Source: Microgenomates group bacterium GW2011_GWA2_44_7
GTDB taxonomy: Bacteria; Patescibacteriota; Microgenomatia; GWA2-44-7
NCBI GenBank assembly: GCA_000999595.1
Contig: LCJH01000008.1
Coordinates: forward strand, 1 to 55,896
Direction: 5' to 3'
DNA: 55,896 bases
In this document: in pieces, positions 8,049-17,057 of the stretch
Position numbering within the stretch: the first letter of the stretch is position 1
How the letters are laid out: each line of letters opens with the position of its first letter
Notes under the pieces: model-generated
Seen by the model: the letters and a program-made list of their open reading frames with translations, nothing else
What the model was told of the DNA's origin: nothing
The model's database searches: none
Made by a program: the position numbers and the translations under genes

Positions 8049-10433
8049 ATGCCCAAATCACGTCAGGTTTCAGCAATTGATATTGGTAGTACCAAGATTA
8101 CAACTTTGGTGGCTCAAAGTTCAGAAGATGACGAGAGAATCCACGTTATCGGAGTTTCTTCAATACCGTCAAGAGGTGTACGCAAAGGTCAAATTGTAAA
8201 TATTGAAGAAGCTTCAGCCAGTATTCTTGAGTGCTTAGAGATCGCAGAAAGAATGGCCGGATATAGTATCGGTCGAGTGTTTGTTTCTGTGGGGGGTCCG
8301 CAAGTTCAGTCGCAGAATTCAACAGGTGTTGTTGCGGTATCGCAGTCCAACGGTGAAATCGGCGCAGAAGATGTTCACCGCGTAATGGAAGCAGCGCGGG
8401 CAATTTCCCTCCCCACCGCCCAAGAAATCCTACACGTCCTTCCGAGATCGTTTACGGTTGACGGACAAGAAGGGGTCAGAGATCCTGTCGGCATGACCGG
8501 TGTGAGGCTTGAAGTAGACACCCACATTGTTACCGGCTCTTCCACCGCACTTAAAAATCTGACCAAATGTATCGGCGAAGTCGGCTCTGATATCGCGGGG
8601 CTAGTTTATTCAGGACTAGCCTCATCACTTGCTAGTCTTTCAGAAACAGAAAAAGAGTTAGGGGTAGTACTTATTGATATCGGAGGGGGAACAACCTCTC
8701 TGGCGGTATATACGGAGGGGGCGTTATGTGTGTCAAGTGTATTGCCAATCGGTGCAAGGCATGTTACCAACGATCTGGCGATTGGACTTCGAATTTCGCT
8801 CGAGAGTGCGGAGAAAATTAAGACTTTTGTTTCTGAGGAACCAAAGGATCATGGTTCAGCCACTGGGGAAAAGGGAGGCAAAGAAAAAGAGGATGAATTA
8901 GATTTAGCCAGTTTGAGTTTAACAGAAGGAGTTAAGACGATCTCAAAAAAAACTGTGGTTGAAGGAATCATTAGACCGAGGCTTAACGAGATTGCAAACA
9001 TAGTAGGAGCGGAATTAAAGAAAGCAGGAGTTATAGGTTTAACCCCAGCCGGGGTGGTAATAACAGGAGGAGGGTCTCTGACCACCGGTGCACAAGACAG
9101 TTTTAAAAGAAGTTTGGCTCTTCCCGTACGGATCGGAATACCCATAGGAGTCACTGGTCTGGTTGATGATATAAGCAGTCCGGCTTATTCCACCGCTGTT
9201 GGTTTGCTTATCTATGGTTCAAAATTTTCTGACGCCTTAGAAAATAAATCTCCGTTTGCTAAAAGGATGCAGAGGTCATTTGATGTCTTGCCGATAAAGG
9301 GTCTTGCCACACTTGCCAGGATAAAAGTATTGGGTGTTGGTGGCGGTGGAAGTAACGCAATAAACTCCATGATAAACGAGGGGTTAATTCGTGGTGTTGA
9401 TTTTATTGCTGTTAATACTGATGCCCAGGCTCTCCTTACTAACTTAGCTCCTACGAAGGTTCAAATTGGTGATAATTTGACACGCGGCCTCGGGGCAGGA
9501 GGAGATCCAAAAATTGGTGAACAGGCGGCCGAGGAATCACACGAGAAGTTAAAAGATCTTCTAGTGGATTCAGATATGGTATTTATTACCTATGGCGCTG
9601 GAGGAGGAACAGGGACAGGCGCTGCTCCGGTCTTGGCAAGTATTGCCAAAGAATCGGGCGCTTTAACCGTGGCCATCGTCACCAAACCATTCGCATTTGA
9701 GGGTGCTCGCAGAATGGTCACAGCAGAGGAGGGAATTGAAAAATTAAAAGGGCATGTCGATACCTTAATTGTAATTCCTAACCAAAGGCTCATGGATGTG
9801 GTTGATAGAAAGATGACCTTAATGGAAGCCTTCAAGCTAGCAGATTCTGTTCTAAGTCAGGGAGTTAAGGGGATATCCGACATCATTACCATCCCGGGAC
9901 TTATAAATGTTGATTTTGCAGATGTTAAAGCAATAATGCGATCAGCCGGATCAGCTCTGATGGGGATAGGTAGCGGAGTCGGCGAGAATAGGGCACAGAT
10001 GGCGGCTCGAGCGGCGATATCTTCCCCGCTTCTTGACATATCCATTGAAGGGGCGAAAGGTATTTTGCTTAATATAACTGGCGGACCGGATCTAACAATG
10101 ACAGAAGTGGACGAAGCCGCTTCAATTGTGTCTCAAGCAGCCGATCCTGACGCCAATGTAATTTTTGGAGCGCCCATCGATCCTAAAATGGTGGATCAGA
10201 TTGGGATAACGGTAATTGCTGCCGGTTTCGATCAATCTCGAGCACAACTCGCCAAACTTGCTTCAACTGCACGATCGGTGACCAACAACACCATCACTCC
10301 TCGTCCGGCAGTTACCGGAGTAGTTTCGGAGCCAATTACAAAAGAGCCTGATACCGGACCGCAAGAATCAGAGGAATATGGGGGAAGTGACAAAGAATTT
10401 GATATCCCTGCATTCTTAAGACAAGGACGGTAA
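8049..10433 (+). CDS. ftsA-ftsZ: Fused FtsA-FtsZ cell-division protein (single 794-codon ORF)
   Basis: Residues 1 to ~400 are actin-like FtsA ([22 protein letters not shown]). From residue ~414 a complete FtsZ follows: [17 protein letters not shown], the tubulin signature [10 protein letters not shown] (~9594-9630) and the C-terminal peptide DIPAFLRQ (10401-10424). There is no in-frame stop between the two parts. Confidence 0.85.
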   Translation: MPKSRQVSAIDIGSTKITTLVAQSSEDDERIHVIGVSSIPSRGVRKGQIVNIEEASASILECLEIAERMAGYSIGRVFVSVGGPQVQSQNSTGVVAVSQSNGEIGAEDVHRVMEAARAISLPTAQEILHVLPRSFTVDGQEGVRDPVGMTGVRLEVDTHIVTGSSTALKNLTKCIGEVGSDIAGLVYSGLASSLASLSETEKELGVVLIDIGGGTTSLAVYTEGALCVSSVLPIGARHVTNDLAIGLRISLESAEKIKTFVSEEPKDHGSATGEKGGKEKEDELDLASLSLTEGVKTISKKTVVEGIIRPRLNEIANIVGAELKKAGVIGLTPAGVVITGGGSLTTGAQDSFKRSLALPVRIGIPIGVTGLVDDISSPAYSTAVGLLIYGSKFSDALENKSPFAKRMQRSFDVLPIKGLATLARIKVLGVGGGGSNAINSMINEGLIRGVDFIAVNTDAQALLTNLAPTKVQIGDNLTRGLGAGGDPKIGEQAAEESHEKLKDLLVDSDMVFITYGAGGGTGTGAAPVLASIAKESGALTVAIVTKPFAFEGARRMVTAEEGIEKLKGHVDTLIVIPNQRLMDVVDRKMTLMEAFKLADSVLSQGVKGISDIITIPGLINVDFADVKAIMRSAGSALMGIGSGVGENRAQMAARAAISSPLLDISIEGAKGILLNITGGPDLTMTEVDEAASIVSQAADPDANVIFGAPIDPKMVDQIGITVIAAGFDQSRAQLAKLASTARSVTNNTITPRPAVTGVVSEPITKEPDTGPQESEEYGGSDKEFDIPAFLRQGR

Positions 10434-10444
10434 TTGTTTTTTCA

Positions 10445-10700
10445 AGGCATCGTTGTAAAATAATACTGTGAAGATAGGGTAATCACCCTGGAGCCTCGGG
10501 AAGAAATTCGCCGGAAGGCAAAAAGTAGAACCCGACGGGTAAGCCCGTGATAGCAGGAGATAAGATAGGATAAGAAGATTAGAAGATAAGAATGGTGAGT
10601 CAAAATAAACTCATTGCTTTTATCACAAGTTATCTTAATATCCTAAATAAGGTGGTACCACGGTAATCCGTCCTTTCAAAAGGGACGGACTTTTGTTTTA
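10445..10700 (+). promoter_or_regulatory. T-box leader (tRNA-sensing riboswitch) controlling ileS
   Basis: T-box core AAATAAGGTGGTACCACGG at 10645-10663. It is followed by a terminator hairpin and a U-tract. Located directly upstream of an aminoacyl-tRNA ligase gene. The 5' boundary is approximate. Confidence 0.8.
10667..10699 (+). terminator. Intrinsic terminator of the T-box leader
   Basis: TCCGTCCTTT-caa-AAGGGACGGA stem followed by CTTTTGTTTT. It overlaps the 3' side of the T-box, the antiterminator-competition geometry. Confidence 0.75.
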
Positions 10701-10712
10701 TAGGAGTCTTTT

Positions 10713-13673
10713 ATGCCAAAACAAAAAAATATAAAAACTTTTGAAAGAGTAGACCTTAAGGTCGATTTTCCGGCAATGGAAAGAAGAATTTTAGAGCATT
10801 GGTACAAAGACGGCATTGTCGAAAAGTACCTTCATAAAAATGATTCTTCGAAGAAACGTTTTTCTTTCTTAGACGGGCCTATAACAGCCAATAATCCGAT
10901 GGGGGTTCATCATGCTTGGGGAAGGACCTATAAAGACCTCTGGCCTCGTTTTTATAATATGCTAGGTTTTAGGCAGCGTTTCCAAAACGGCTTTGACTGC
11001 CAGGGGTTGTGGGTGGAGGTCGAAGTTGAAAAAGAGCTCGGGTTTAAATCAAAAAAGGACATAGAAACCTATGGGGTAGCCAATTTTGTGAACAAATGTA
11101 AAGAGAGGGTATGGAAATACTCAACCATTCAGGCTGAACAAAGTAAGCGCCTGGGATATTTTGCCGATTGGGACAATTCGTATTTCACCATGTCCGACCA
11201 AAACAATTACATGATTTGGCATTTTTTAAAAACCTGTTTTGAGCGTGGATGGATTTACAAAGGTCACGATTCTGTCCCTTGGTGCCCGCGATGTGAGACC
11301 GCCATTTCCCAACACGAAATTCTCACCGAGGACTACAAAGAGTTGATTCATGAATCGGTTATCATTGAATTCCCAATCGTTGGCAGGGAAAACGAATTTT
11401 TACTTGTCTGGACGACAACCCCATGGACAATTCCGGCCAATATCGCCGTGGCCGTTGACTCGAAACAAAACTATGCCCTGGTCCAAGGGCAAGACAAAAA
11501 TCGCTTCTGGGTCGCGGCGGCACTCGTAAAAAGTGTTTTTAAAGATTCTAAACAGAAGATTTTAAAAACCGTAAAAGGAAAAGAGCTTGTCGGCCTCCAT
11601 TATACAGGCGCTTTTGATGATTTGGAGGCTATAAACAAAGTTGCCAGAGATAATCCCGAAACCTTTCATATTGTAGTTGCGACAGACGATCTGCTGATGC
11701 CAATTTCGATGGAAGAAGGAACAGGTATGGTTCACACGGCCGTCAGCGCCGGTGAAGAAGACTATCAACTGGGGAAGAAGCTTGGTCTGCCGATGATCCC
11801 CGTCATCGCTGACAACGCTGACTACTTACCTGGCCTTGGTCAATTCTCAGGAAAAAATGCTAAAAACAACCCACGTATCATTCTTGATTACCTCGAGGAA
11901 AGGGAGAAATCGGGCATGGACACCGTTTTTGACATCTTTAAATACAAACACCGCTATCCTGCTTGTTGGCGCTGCAAAACCGAATTAGTTTGGAAAGTCG
12001 CCGACGAATGGTATATCTCCATGGACAAAAAAGATCCTACGGATAAGAAAAAACGGACCCTTCGACAGGAAATGGTTGATGTCGCTAGTAAAATTACTTG
12101 GTTACCCGGATTCGGTCTTGACCGCGAGCTGGACTGGTTAAAAAACATGCATGACTGGCTTATTTCAAAGAAAAATCGTTATTGGGGGTTGGCTTTGCCG
12201 ATTTATGAGTGCCAAAAGTGTGGTAGCTTCGAAGTTATTGGCAGTCGGGAGGAACTTAAAAAAAGAGCCGTCGTCGGGTGGAAAAAATTTGAGGGAAACA
12301 CACCCCACAAGCCTTGGATCGATGAAGTGAAGATCAAATGTCAAATATGCTCCGCCGTGATTTCCCGAATCGGCGATGTGGGAAACCCCTGGCTTGATGC
12401 CGGCATCGTTTCTTTTTCGACACTGATTGACCCCAAGACAGATAAGCTGAGCTACACGTCTGATAAAAAATACTGGCGGGAATGGTTCCCGGCCGACTTC
12501 ATCACCGAATCCTTCCCGGGCCAATTTAAAAACTGGTTCTATTCACTAATCGCTATGAGTACCGTTTTAGAAAAAACTAATCCCTTCAAAACTGTTTTGG
12601 GTTTTGCCACCATGGTCGATTCTCAGGGTCGTCCATTTCACAAAAGCCTCGGAAATGCGATTGATTTTACCCAAGGCGCAGATCGGTTCGGTGCGGACAT
12701 CATCCGTTGGTATTGTGAACTTAGCAATATTACCCAAAACGCTCCATTTGGCCAAAAAGAAGCTGACGACACCCGTCGTCGATTCTACCTAACCCTCTGG
12801 AACGTCTATAACTTTTTCGTTACTTACTCTTGCTTGGACAATTGGCACCCGCGCTTTGAGCTGGGTAGTAAACCCACCGCTCTTGATCTTTGGATCCTTA
12901 CGCTCTTGGATAAAACAATTATCGAGGTGACCGAAGCTTTGGAAAAATATGACGCTTCTACGGCTGCTAGCCTGCTTGAACACTTTGTCGAGGATCTTTC
13001 GCTCTGGTATGTCCGTCGGTCTCGTGATCGAGTCGGGTTCTCGGCTTTAGATAAAAAGGATAAAGACCTATGTCATGCAACGCTTTATACAGTTTTAGTA
13101 ACTTTGATGAAGATTCTAGCTCCATTTATCCCTTTCTTGACCGAAGAAATTTATACAAATTTGACTGGTGAGGAATCGGTCCATCTGGCTGATTGGCCGG
13201 AAGTTAAAACACGTGAGGTATTGGATAATTCACTAATAGAACAAATGCAGGTGATCAGACAGGTAGCGGAAAAAGGACTAGCCCAACGAAAGATAAATCA
13301 AATAAAAGTTAGACAGCCTCTGGCAGAGGTCAACGTAAGCGCTCCCGGCCGTCAGCCGTCGGGGGAGTTGATGCAGTTACTGGCTGATGAACTCAACATC
13401 AAACGGGTATTTTGGAAAAAGGGGAAAGACAGTGAATTAACGGTAGATTTGAACACTCAACTAACTCCGCTGCTGATCGAGGAGGGCAAAGCCAGAGAGC
13501 TCGTTCGTCAAGTTCAGGACAAGCGCAAAGAACTGGGTCTTTTGCTGGATCAGAAAGTTATTATTAAATCCGCATTTATTCCATCCAGCGAGGAGCTGGT
13601 AAACCGGGTATTGCGTCAAACACTGGCGACTAAGATCGAAGAGGGTGCTGATCTGGAAGTGAAAGAAGTTTAA
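10713..13673 (+). CDS. ileS: Isoleucine--tRNA ligase
   Basis: 986-aa class I aaRS. HIGH-like GVHHAWG, KMSKS-like FHKSLGN and WCPRCETAISQHE editing-domain context. AGGAG SD at 10702-10706. The Ile assignment rests on family resemblance, not on a confirmed specifier codon. Confidence 0.8.
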   Translation: MPKQKNIKTFERVDLKVDFPAMERRILEHWYKDGIVEKYLHKNDSSKKRFSFLDGPITANNPMGVHHAWGRTYKDLWPRFYNMLGFRQRFQNGFDCQGLWVEVEVEKELGFKSKKDIETYGVANFVNKCKERVWKYSTIQAEQSKRLGYFADWDNSYFTMSDQNNYMIWHFLKTCFERGWIYKGHDSVPWCPRCETAISQHEILTEDYKELIHESVIIEFPIVGRENEFLLVWTTTPWTIPANIAVAVDSKQNYALVQGQDKNRFWVAAALVKSVFKDSKQKILKTVKGKELVGLHYTGAFDDLEAINKVARDNPETFHIVVATDDLLMPISMEEGTGMVHTAVSAGEEDYQLGKKLGLPMIPVIADNADYLPGLGQFSGKNAKNNPRIILDYLEEREKSGMDTVFDIFKYKHRYPACWRCKTELVWKVADEWYISMDKKDPTDKKKRTLRQEMVDVASKITWLPGFGLDRELDWLKNMHDWLISKKNRYWGLALPIYECQKCGSFEVIGSREELKKRAVVGWKKFEGNTPHKPWIDEVKIKCQICSAVISRIGDVGNPWLDAGIVSFSTLIDPKTDKLSYTSDKKYWREWFPADFITESFPGQFKNWFYSLIAMSTVLEKTNPFKTVLGFATMVDSQGRPFHKSLGNAIDFTQGADRFGADIIRWYCELSNITQNAPFGQKEADDTRRRFYLTLWNVYNFFVTYSCLDNWHPRFELGSKPTALDLWILTLLDKTIIEVTEALEKYDASTAASLLEHFVEDLSLWYVRRSRDRVGFSALDKKDKDLCHATLYTVLVTLMKILAPFIPFLTEEIYTNLTGEESVHLADWPEVKTREVLDNSLIEQMQVIRQVAEKGLAQRKINQIKVRQPLAEVNVSAPGRQPSGELMQLLADELNIKRVFWKKGKDSELTVDLNTQLTPLLIEEGKARELVRQVQDKRKELGLLLDQKVIIKSAFIPSSEELVNRVLRQTLATKIEEGADLEVKEV

Positions 13674-13694
13674 AGGGAATGATAAAATTCGGTT

Positions 13695-14777
13695 GTGCAC
13701 AAGAGTTTTGATTGGTGGATCATCGGGGCTACGATTCTGCTGATTGGGGTAGGACTGACAATTCAAGCCAGTATCTCCCCCTCAGAAGTGTACCTGCAAA
13801 CAGGCTTTGTATTTGTAGGCATACTTGCTTTTTTCGTTGCATCAATAATTTCATCTACTTTTTTTTCTACGTTTGCAAAGTATATATATGTTTCGTCAGT
13901 TGTATTTTTGGTTTTACCTTTTATTATCGGCGAACTCACTCGAGGAACGTTTAGATGGATATCCATTGGACCCTTGAACATTCAACCCTCCGAAATTGTT
14001 AAACCTCTTATAATCATTGGTCTCGCAAAGTATTTTTCGACAAGAAAGTTGAATCGGCCGAGAGAAATCTTGCTGGGTGGCTTACTGGCTATCGTCCCAG
14101 CGGTAATTATTTTTCTTCAACCAGATTTAGGAAGTGCCTTGGTACTTATGGCAGGATGGCTGGCTGTTATCTTCACCGCCGGAATACCCATGTCTTGGTT
14201 GGGAACTTTAGGTATTTCTGTCGGGATTCTTTTCCCATTGATATGGAATTTCTTAAAAGGGTATCAAAAGAACCGACTACTTTCTTTTTTGGAGCCCGGA
14301 CGGGATCCATTGGGAACCGGCTATAACCTGATTCAGGCGTTGGTCGCTGTTGGTTCAGGAGGATTAGTTGGGAGAGGATTGGGACGTGGTACGCAGTCAC
14401 ATCTTCGATTTTTACCCGAAAATAGTACAGACTTTGTCTTTGCCTCACTAGTCGAAGAGTTGGGCGTAATAGGAGCCATTATTGTCTTGGCTTCTTTTGG
14501 GATTATTTTTTGGAGAATGTACACAGTTGCCTCTAAAACCACAAATCGCTTCGAGCGCCTCTATGTGGTCGGCGTGATGGGTCTTATTTTTTTTCAAGCA
14601 TTTGTGGGGGCAGGGATGAATATGGGGCTACTACCCGTCACGGGTGTACCACTGCCGTTTATTTCTCAGGGTGGTTCCTCCTTGGTCTCAGTTCTTTTTT
14701 CTCTGGGCTTAGTCCATGGTGTCTATCTTAGATTGAAAAATACAGACGCACTTGAAATCGGACGTAATTTTTCCTGA
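13695..14777 (+). CDS. rodA: SEDS-family protein RodA/FtsW paralogue
   Basis: GTG start. IQPSEIVKP, PENSTDFVFASLVEELG and TGVPLPFISQGGSS motifs. Confidence 0.85.
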   Translation: MHKSFDWWIIGATILLIGVGLTIQASISPSEVYLQTGFVFVGILAFFVASIISSTFFSTFAKYIYVSSVVFLVLPFIIGELTRGTFRWISIGPLNIQPSEIVKPLIIIGLAKYFSTRKLNRPREILLGGLLAIVPAVIIFLQPDLGSALVLMAGWLAVIFTAGIPMSWLGTLGISVGILFPLIWNFLKGYQKNRLLSFLEPGRDPLGTGYNLIQALVAVGSGGLVGRGLGRGTQSHLRFLPENSTDFVFASLVEELGVIGAIIVLASFGIIFWRMYTVASKTTNRFERLYVVGVMGLIFFQAFVGAGMNMGLLPVTGVPLPFISQGGSSLVSVLFSLGLVHGVYLRLKNTDALEIGRNFS

Positions 14778-14785
14778 TAACGATA

Positions 14786-14814
14786 TTGTTTAGCTCCGAA
14801 TAATAAGCTATAAT
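14786..14814 (+). promoter_or_regulatory. Candidate promoter placing the TSS at or next to the rplU start codon
   Basis: TTGTTT (14786-14791), 17 nt, TATAAT (14809-14814). The ATG at 14821 is only 6 nt downstream and there is no SD. Confidence 0.45.
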
Positions 14815-14820
14815 CCGGGC

Positions 14821-15198
14821 ATGATCTACGCAGTTGTTGAGATAGAAAAAGCTCAATATAAAGTTAGTCCTCAGGTTGATTTCGTTACCTCATTTATCAA
14901 AGGGGATCCCGGCGCAGAGGTTATAATTAGCAATATATTGATGTTGGTTGAAGACGGCAAGGTAACAATTGGTGCTCCAGTAATTCCAGGAAAAAAACTG
15001 ATCGCCAAGGTCATCGCCCAAGAGAAAGGCCCAAAGATTAAAATTTCTAAATACAAAGCCAAGTCACGTTACCAAAAGACAACGGGTTTTAGGGGTCAGC
15101 TAACCCGACTCAGGATTGATGATTTCGGAGAAGAGGTTGAAGCCAAGCCGAAGAAAGCTCCACCTGCAAAAGTAGCCTCGCGAAAGCCGAAGAAGTAG
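14821..15198 (+). CDS. rplU: 50S ribosomal protein L21 (with a Lys-rich C-terminal extension)
   Basis: MIYAVVEIEKAQYKV... is a typical L21 N-terminus. Followed by rpmA. Confidence 0.9.
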   Translation: MIYAVVEIEKAQYKVSPQVDFVTSFIKGDPGAEVIISNILMLVEDGKVTIGAPVIPGKKLIAKVIAQEKGPKIKISKYKAKSRYQKTTGFRGQLTRLRIDDFGEEVEAKPKKAPPAKVASRKPKK

Positions 15199-15227
15199 AT
15201 TAAATTTTCACATTATCGATTTTCCTC

Positions 15228-15256
15228 TTGACAATCGTGAAAATTTAAATTAATCT
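15228..15256 (+). promoter_or_regulatory. Candidate promoter placing the TSS at or next to the rpmA start codon
   Basis: TTGACA (15228-15233), 17 nt, TAATCT (15251-15256). The ATG at 15265 is 8 nt downstream and there is no SD. Confidence 0.45.
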
Positions 15257-15264
15257 GTTTTGCG

Positions 15265-15516
15265 ATGGCTCATACAAAAGCTTCATCAAAGACCAGGCAG
15301 CAAGGAAATCGTCCCGGAAAGAGACTCGGTCTCAAGGTTGGTGACGGTCAGGCAGTAAAAAATGGGATGGTTTTAGTTAGGCAACACGGATCTACTTTCA
15401 AGCCAGGTCAAGGGGTCAAAGAAGGTCGGGATCACACAATATACACAATACGTGAAGGTAAAATCGCCATCAAGAGGCTACTCGGAAAGCTGTTTATTTC
15501 AGTTACCCCTTCATAA
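15265..15516 (+). CDS. rpmA: 50S ribosomal protein L27
   Basis: MAHTKASSKTRQQGNRPGKRLGLKV...GMVLVRQHGSTFKPG is canonical L27. Confidence 0.95.
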   Translation: MAHTKASSKTRQQGNRPGKRLGLKVGDGQAVKNGMVLVRQHGSTFKPGQGVKEGRDHTIYTIREGKIAIKRLLGKLFISVTPS

Positions 15517-16338
15517 ATGGACGACCAGATAATTCAGATAAGCGTTGAGGAATTGCAACCTAATCCTCTTCAGCCACGTGGAGTTATCACCCCGGAATCT
15601 CTCGTCGATTTAGTAGATTCAATCAAAGAACACGGTATCTTGGAGCCACTCGTTATCGCCAAGACGCCAGCAGGCTTTCAGATAATTGCCGGTGAGAGAC
15701 GTTGGCGGGCTTCAAAACTGGCTGGGATAAAAACAATTCCAGCGATCATTAGGGAGACATCGCCTCGGGGCATGCTCGAAATGGCGATCGTGGAAAATGT
15801 TCAAAGGGCTGACCTTAATCCGGTCGACCGCGCCAAGGCATTTGAAAGATTGATAAGTGAATTTGGTTTATCAAACAGTGATATTTCTCAAAGAATTTCC
15901 AAAAGTCCGGCATATGTATCTAACACTTTAAGGTTATTAAGCCTGCCGGATGCCCTCAAAGACGGCCTATTATCAGGCTTAATATCAGAAGGTCATGCCA
16001 GGGCCTTGGCTGCCATTGATGATGATCGGTTGATGGTAGAGGCCTATAAAATAATCCTCAAAGAAGCCGGTTCAGTACGCAGGGCGGAGGATCTTGCCCG
16101 GAGAATGAGGGCTCAGGTGGGGCAAAAACCGAAACCCAGCAGCAAAGCCCCACATATCATTTCTGAGGACATTGACAAAATAAGAGATGCAATTGAGCAA
16201 GCATTGGGCGGAGGAGATATCTCAAAAGTTAAACTGACACGTTCTCGCGCTGAGACAAGGTTAGTTTTGGTACTTAAAGGAGGGCTGGAAGACACAGAAG
16301 ACCGTTTGCAGAAAATCTTCAAGGGCGTTGTTGTTTAA
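15517..16338 (+). CDS. parB: ParB/Spo0J-family chromosome partitioning protein
   Basis: LQPNPLQPRG and IIAGERRWRASKLAG (ParB box) plus an HTH region. Abuts the rpmA stop codon. No parA in the window. Confidence 0.85.
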   Translation: MDDQIIQISVEELQPNPLQPRGVITPESLVDLVDSIKEHGILEPLVIAKTPAGFQIIAGERRWRASKLAGIKTIPAIIRETSPRGMLEMAIVENVQRADLNPVDRAKAFERLISEFGLSNSDISQRISKSPAYVSNTLRLLSLPDALKDGLLSGLISEGHARALAAIDDDRLMVEAYKIILKEAGSVRRAEDLARRMRAQVGQKPKPSSKAPHIISEDIDKIRDAIEQALGGGDISKVKLTRSRAETRLVLVLKGGLEDTEDRLQKIFKGVVV

Positions 16339-16345
16339 AAGATAT

Positions 16346-16894
16346 CTAAAAACTGAAGTTAGGAATAAACCCCAGATTTTGAATCGGCCATACTCGAAGC
16401 CAAGCTTTACCGACAATATTCTTCTTCGGTACAAATCCCCAAACTCGACTGTCACTCGACTCTGAACGGTTATCACCTAGAACGAAATACTGTTCTTGAG
16501 GAACCTGTATTTCTTTTCCCTCAGGGAGGAAATTTCCGTCAGCGGTGATAAAATTAGAAGGTAAGAAGGAATCCGGCTCAAGCGCTCCGTTAAGAAAGAC
16601 TTTGTTTTGTGAAATTGCCAGGGTATCACCGGGAATGCCGATAACTCGTTTAATAAATTCATGTTTGGGGGACGGAGGGGCAATAAAGACGATAACATCA
16701 CCTCGTTTTGGTTGCGAGAATTTATACGAAATAAGATCAACTAGGATATAATCTCCGTTCTGGAAATTGGGCTGCATAGACAATCCCTCTATGTAATGGA
16801 GCCGGGCAAGAAAAAGGTAAATAATTAGAAAGATGGCTAAGGAGGTTACCACCGTTTCGACTGTATCCAGTAAGAATGCCCAGATTTTATTCAT
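16346..16894 (-). CDS. lepB: Signal peptidase I
   Basis: N-terminal TM segment. GLSMQPNF (Ser), KRVIGIPGD (Lys) and GDNRSESSDSR boxes. Confidence 0.9.
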   Translation of the reverse strand: MNKIWAFLLDTVETVVTSLAIFLIIYLFLARLHYIEGLSMQPNFQNGDYILVDLISYKFSQPKRGDVIVFIAPPSPKHEFIKRVIGIPGDTLAISQNKVFLNGALEPDSFLPSNFITADGNFLPEGKEIQVPQEQYFVLGDNRSESSDSRVWGFVPKKNIVGKAWLRVWPIQNLGFIPNFSF

Positions 16895-16985
16895 AAGGAC
16901 AAAGCTATTATGGGGGTCTTATAATATATCTGCAATAGGCGTGACCGGGAAAAATGACAATATCTCTGGTAAGATAGGTTCTCAT

Positions 16986-17057
16986 GCACGTGTAGCTCAG
17001 CGGTAGAGCGCTTCGTTCACATCGAAGAGGTCCATGGTTCAAGCCCATGCACGTGCA
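16986..17057 (+). tRNA. tRNA-Val (anticodon CAC)
   Basis: Hand-folded cloverleaf: acceptor GCACGTG/CACGTGC, D arm GCTC..GAGC, anticodon arm CTTCG-TTCACAT-CGAAG, T arm CATGG-TTCAAGC-CCATG. No encoded CCA. Confidence 0.85.

Noticed and set aside
8146-10045. Multiple 60-100-aa minus-strand ORFs inside ftsA-ftsZ; similar sets lie inside ileS, dnaE (41013-42167) and ppsA
   Set aside because: These are typical antisense shadow ORFs of long, well-supported genes. No motifs support them.
10551-10600. Purine-rich GATAAGA-like tandem repeats as an independent repeat or protein-binding array
   Set aside because: They lie inside the T-box leader, between Stem I and the T-box core. They are most simply part of that leader (Stem II/linker region).
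13712-13954. 80-aa alternative-frame ORF at the start of rodA
   Set aside because: It overlaps the SEDS gene on the same strand in another frame. It is Cys/Phe-rich, has no support and arises from the T-rich sequence.
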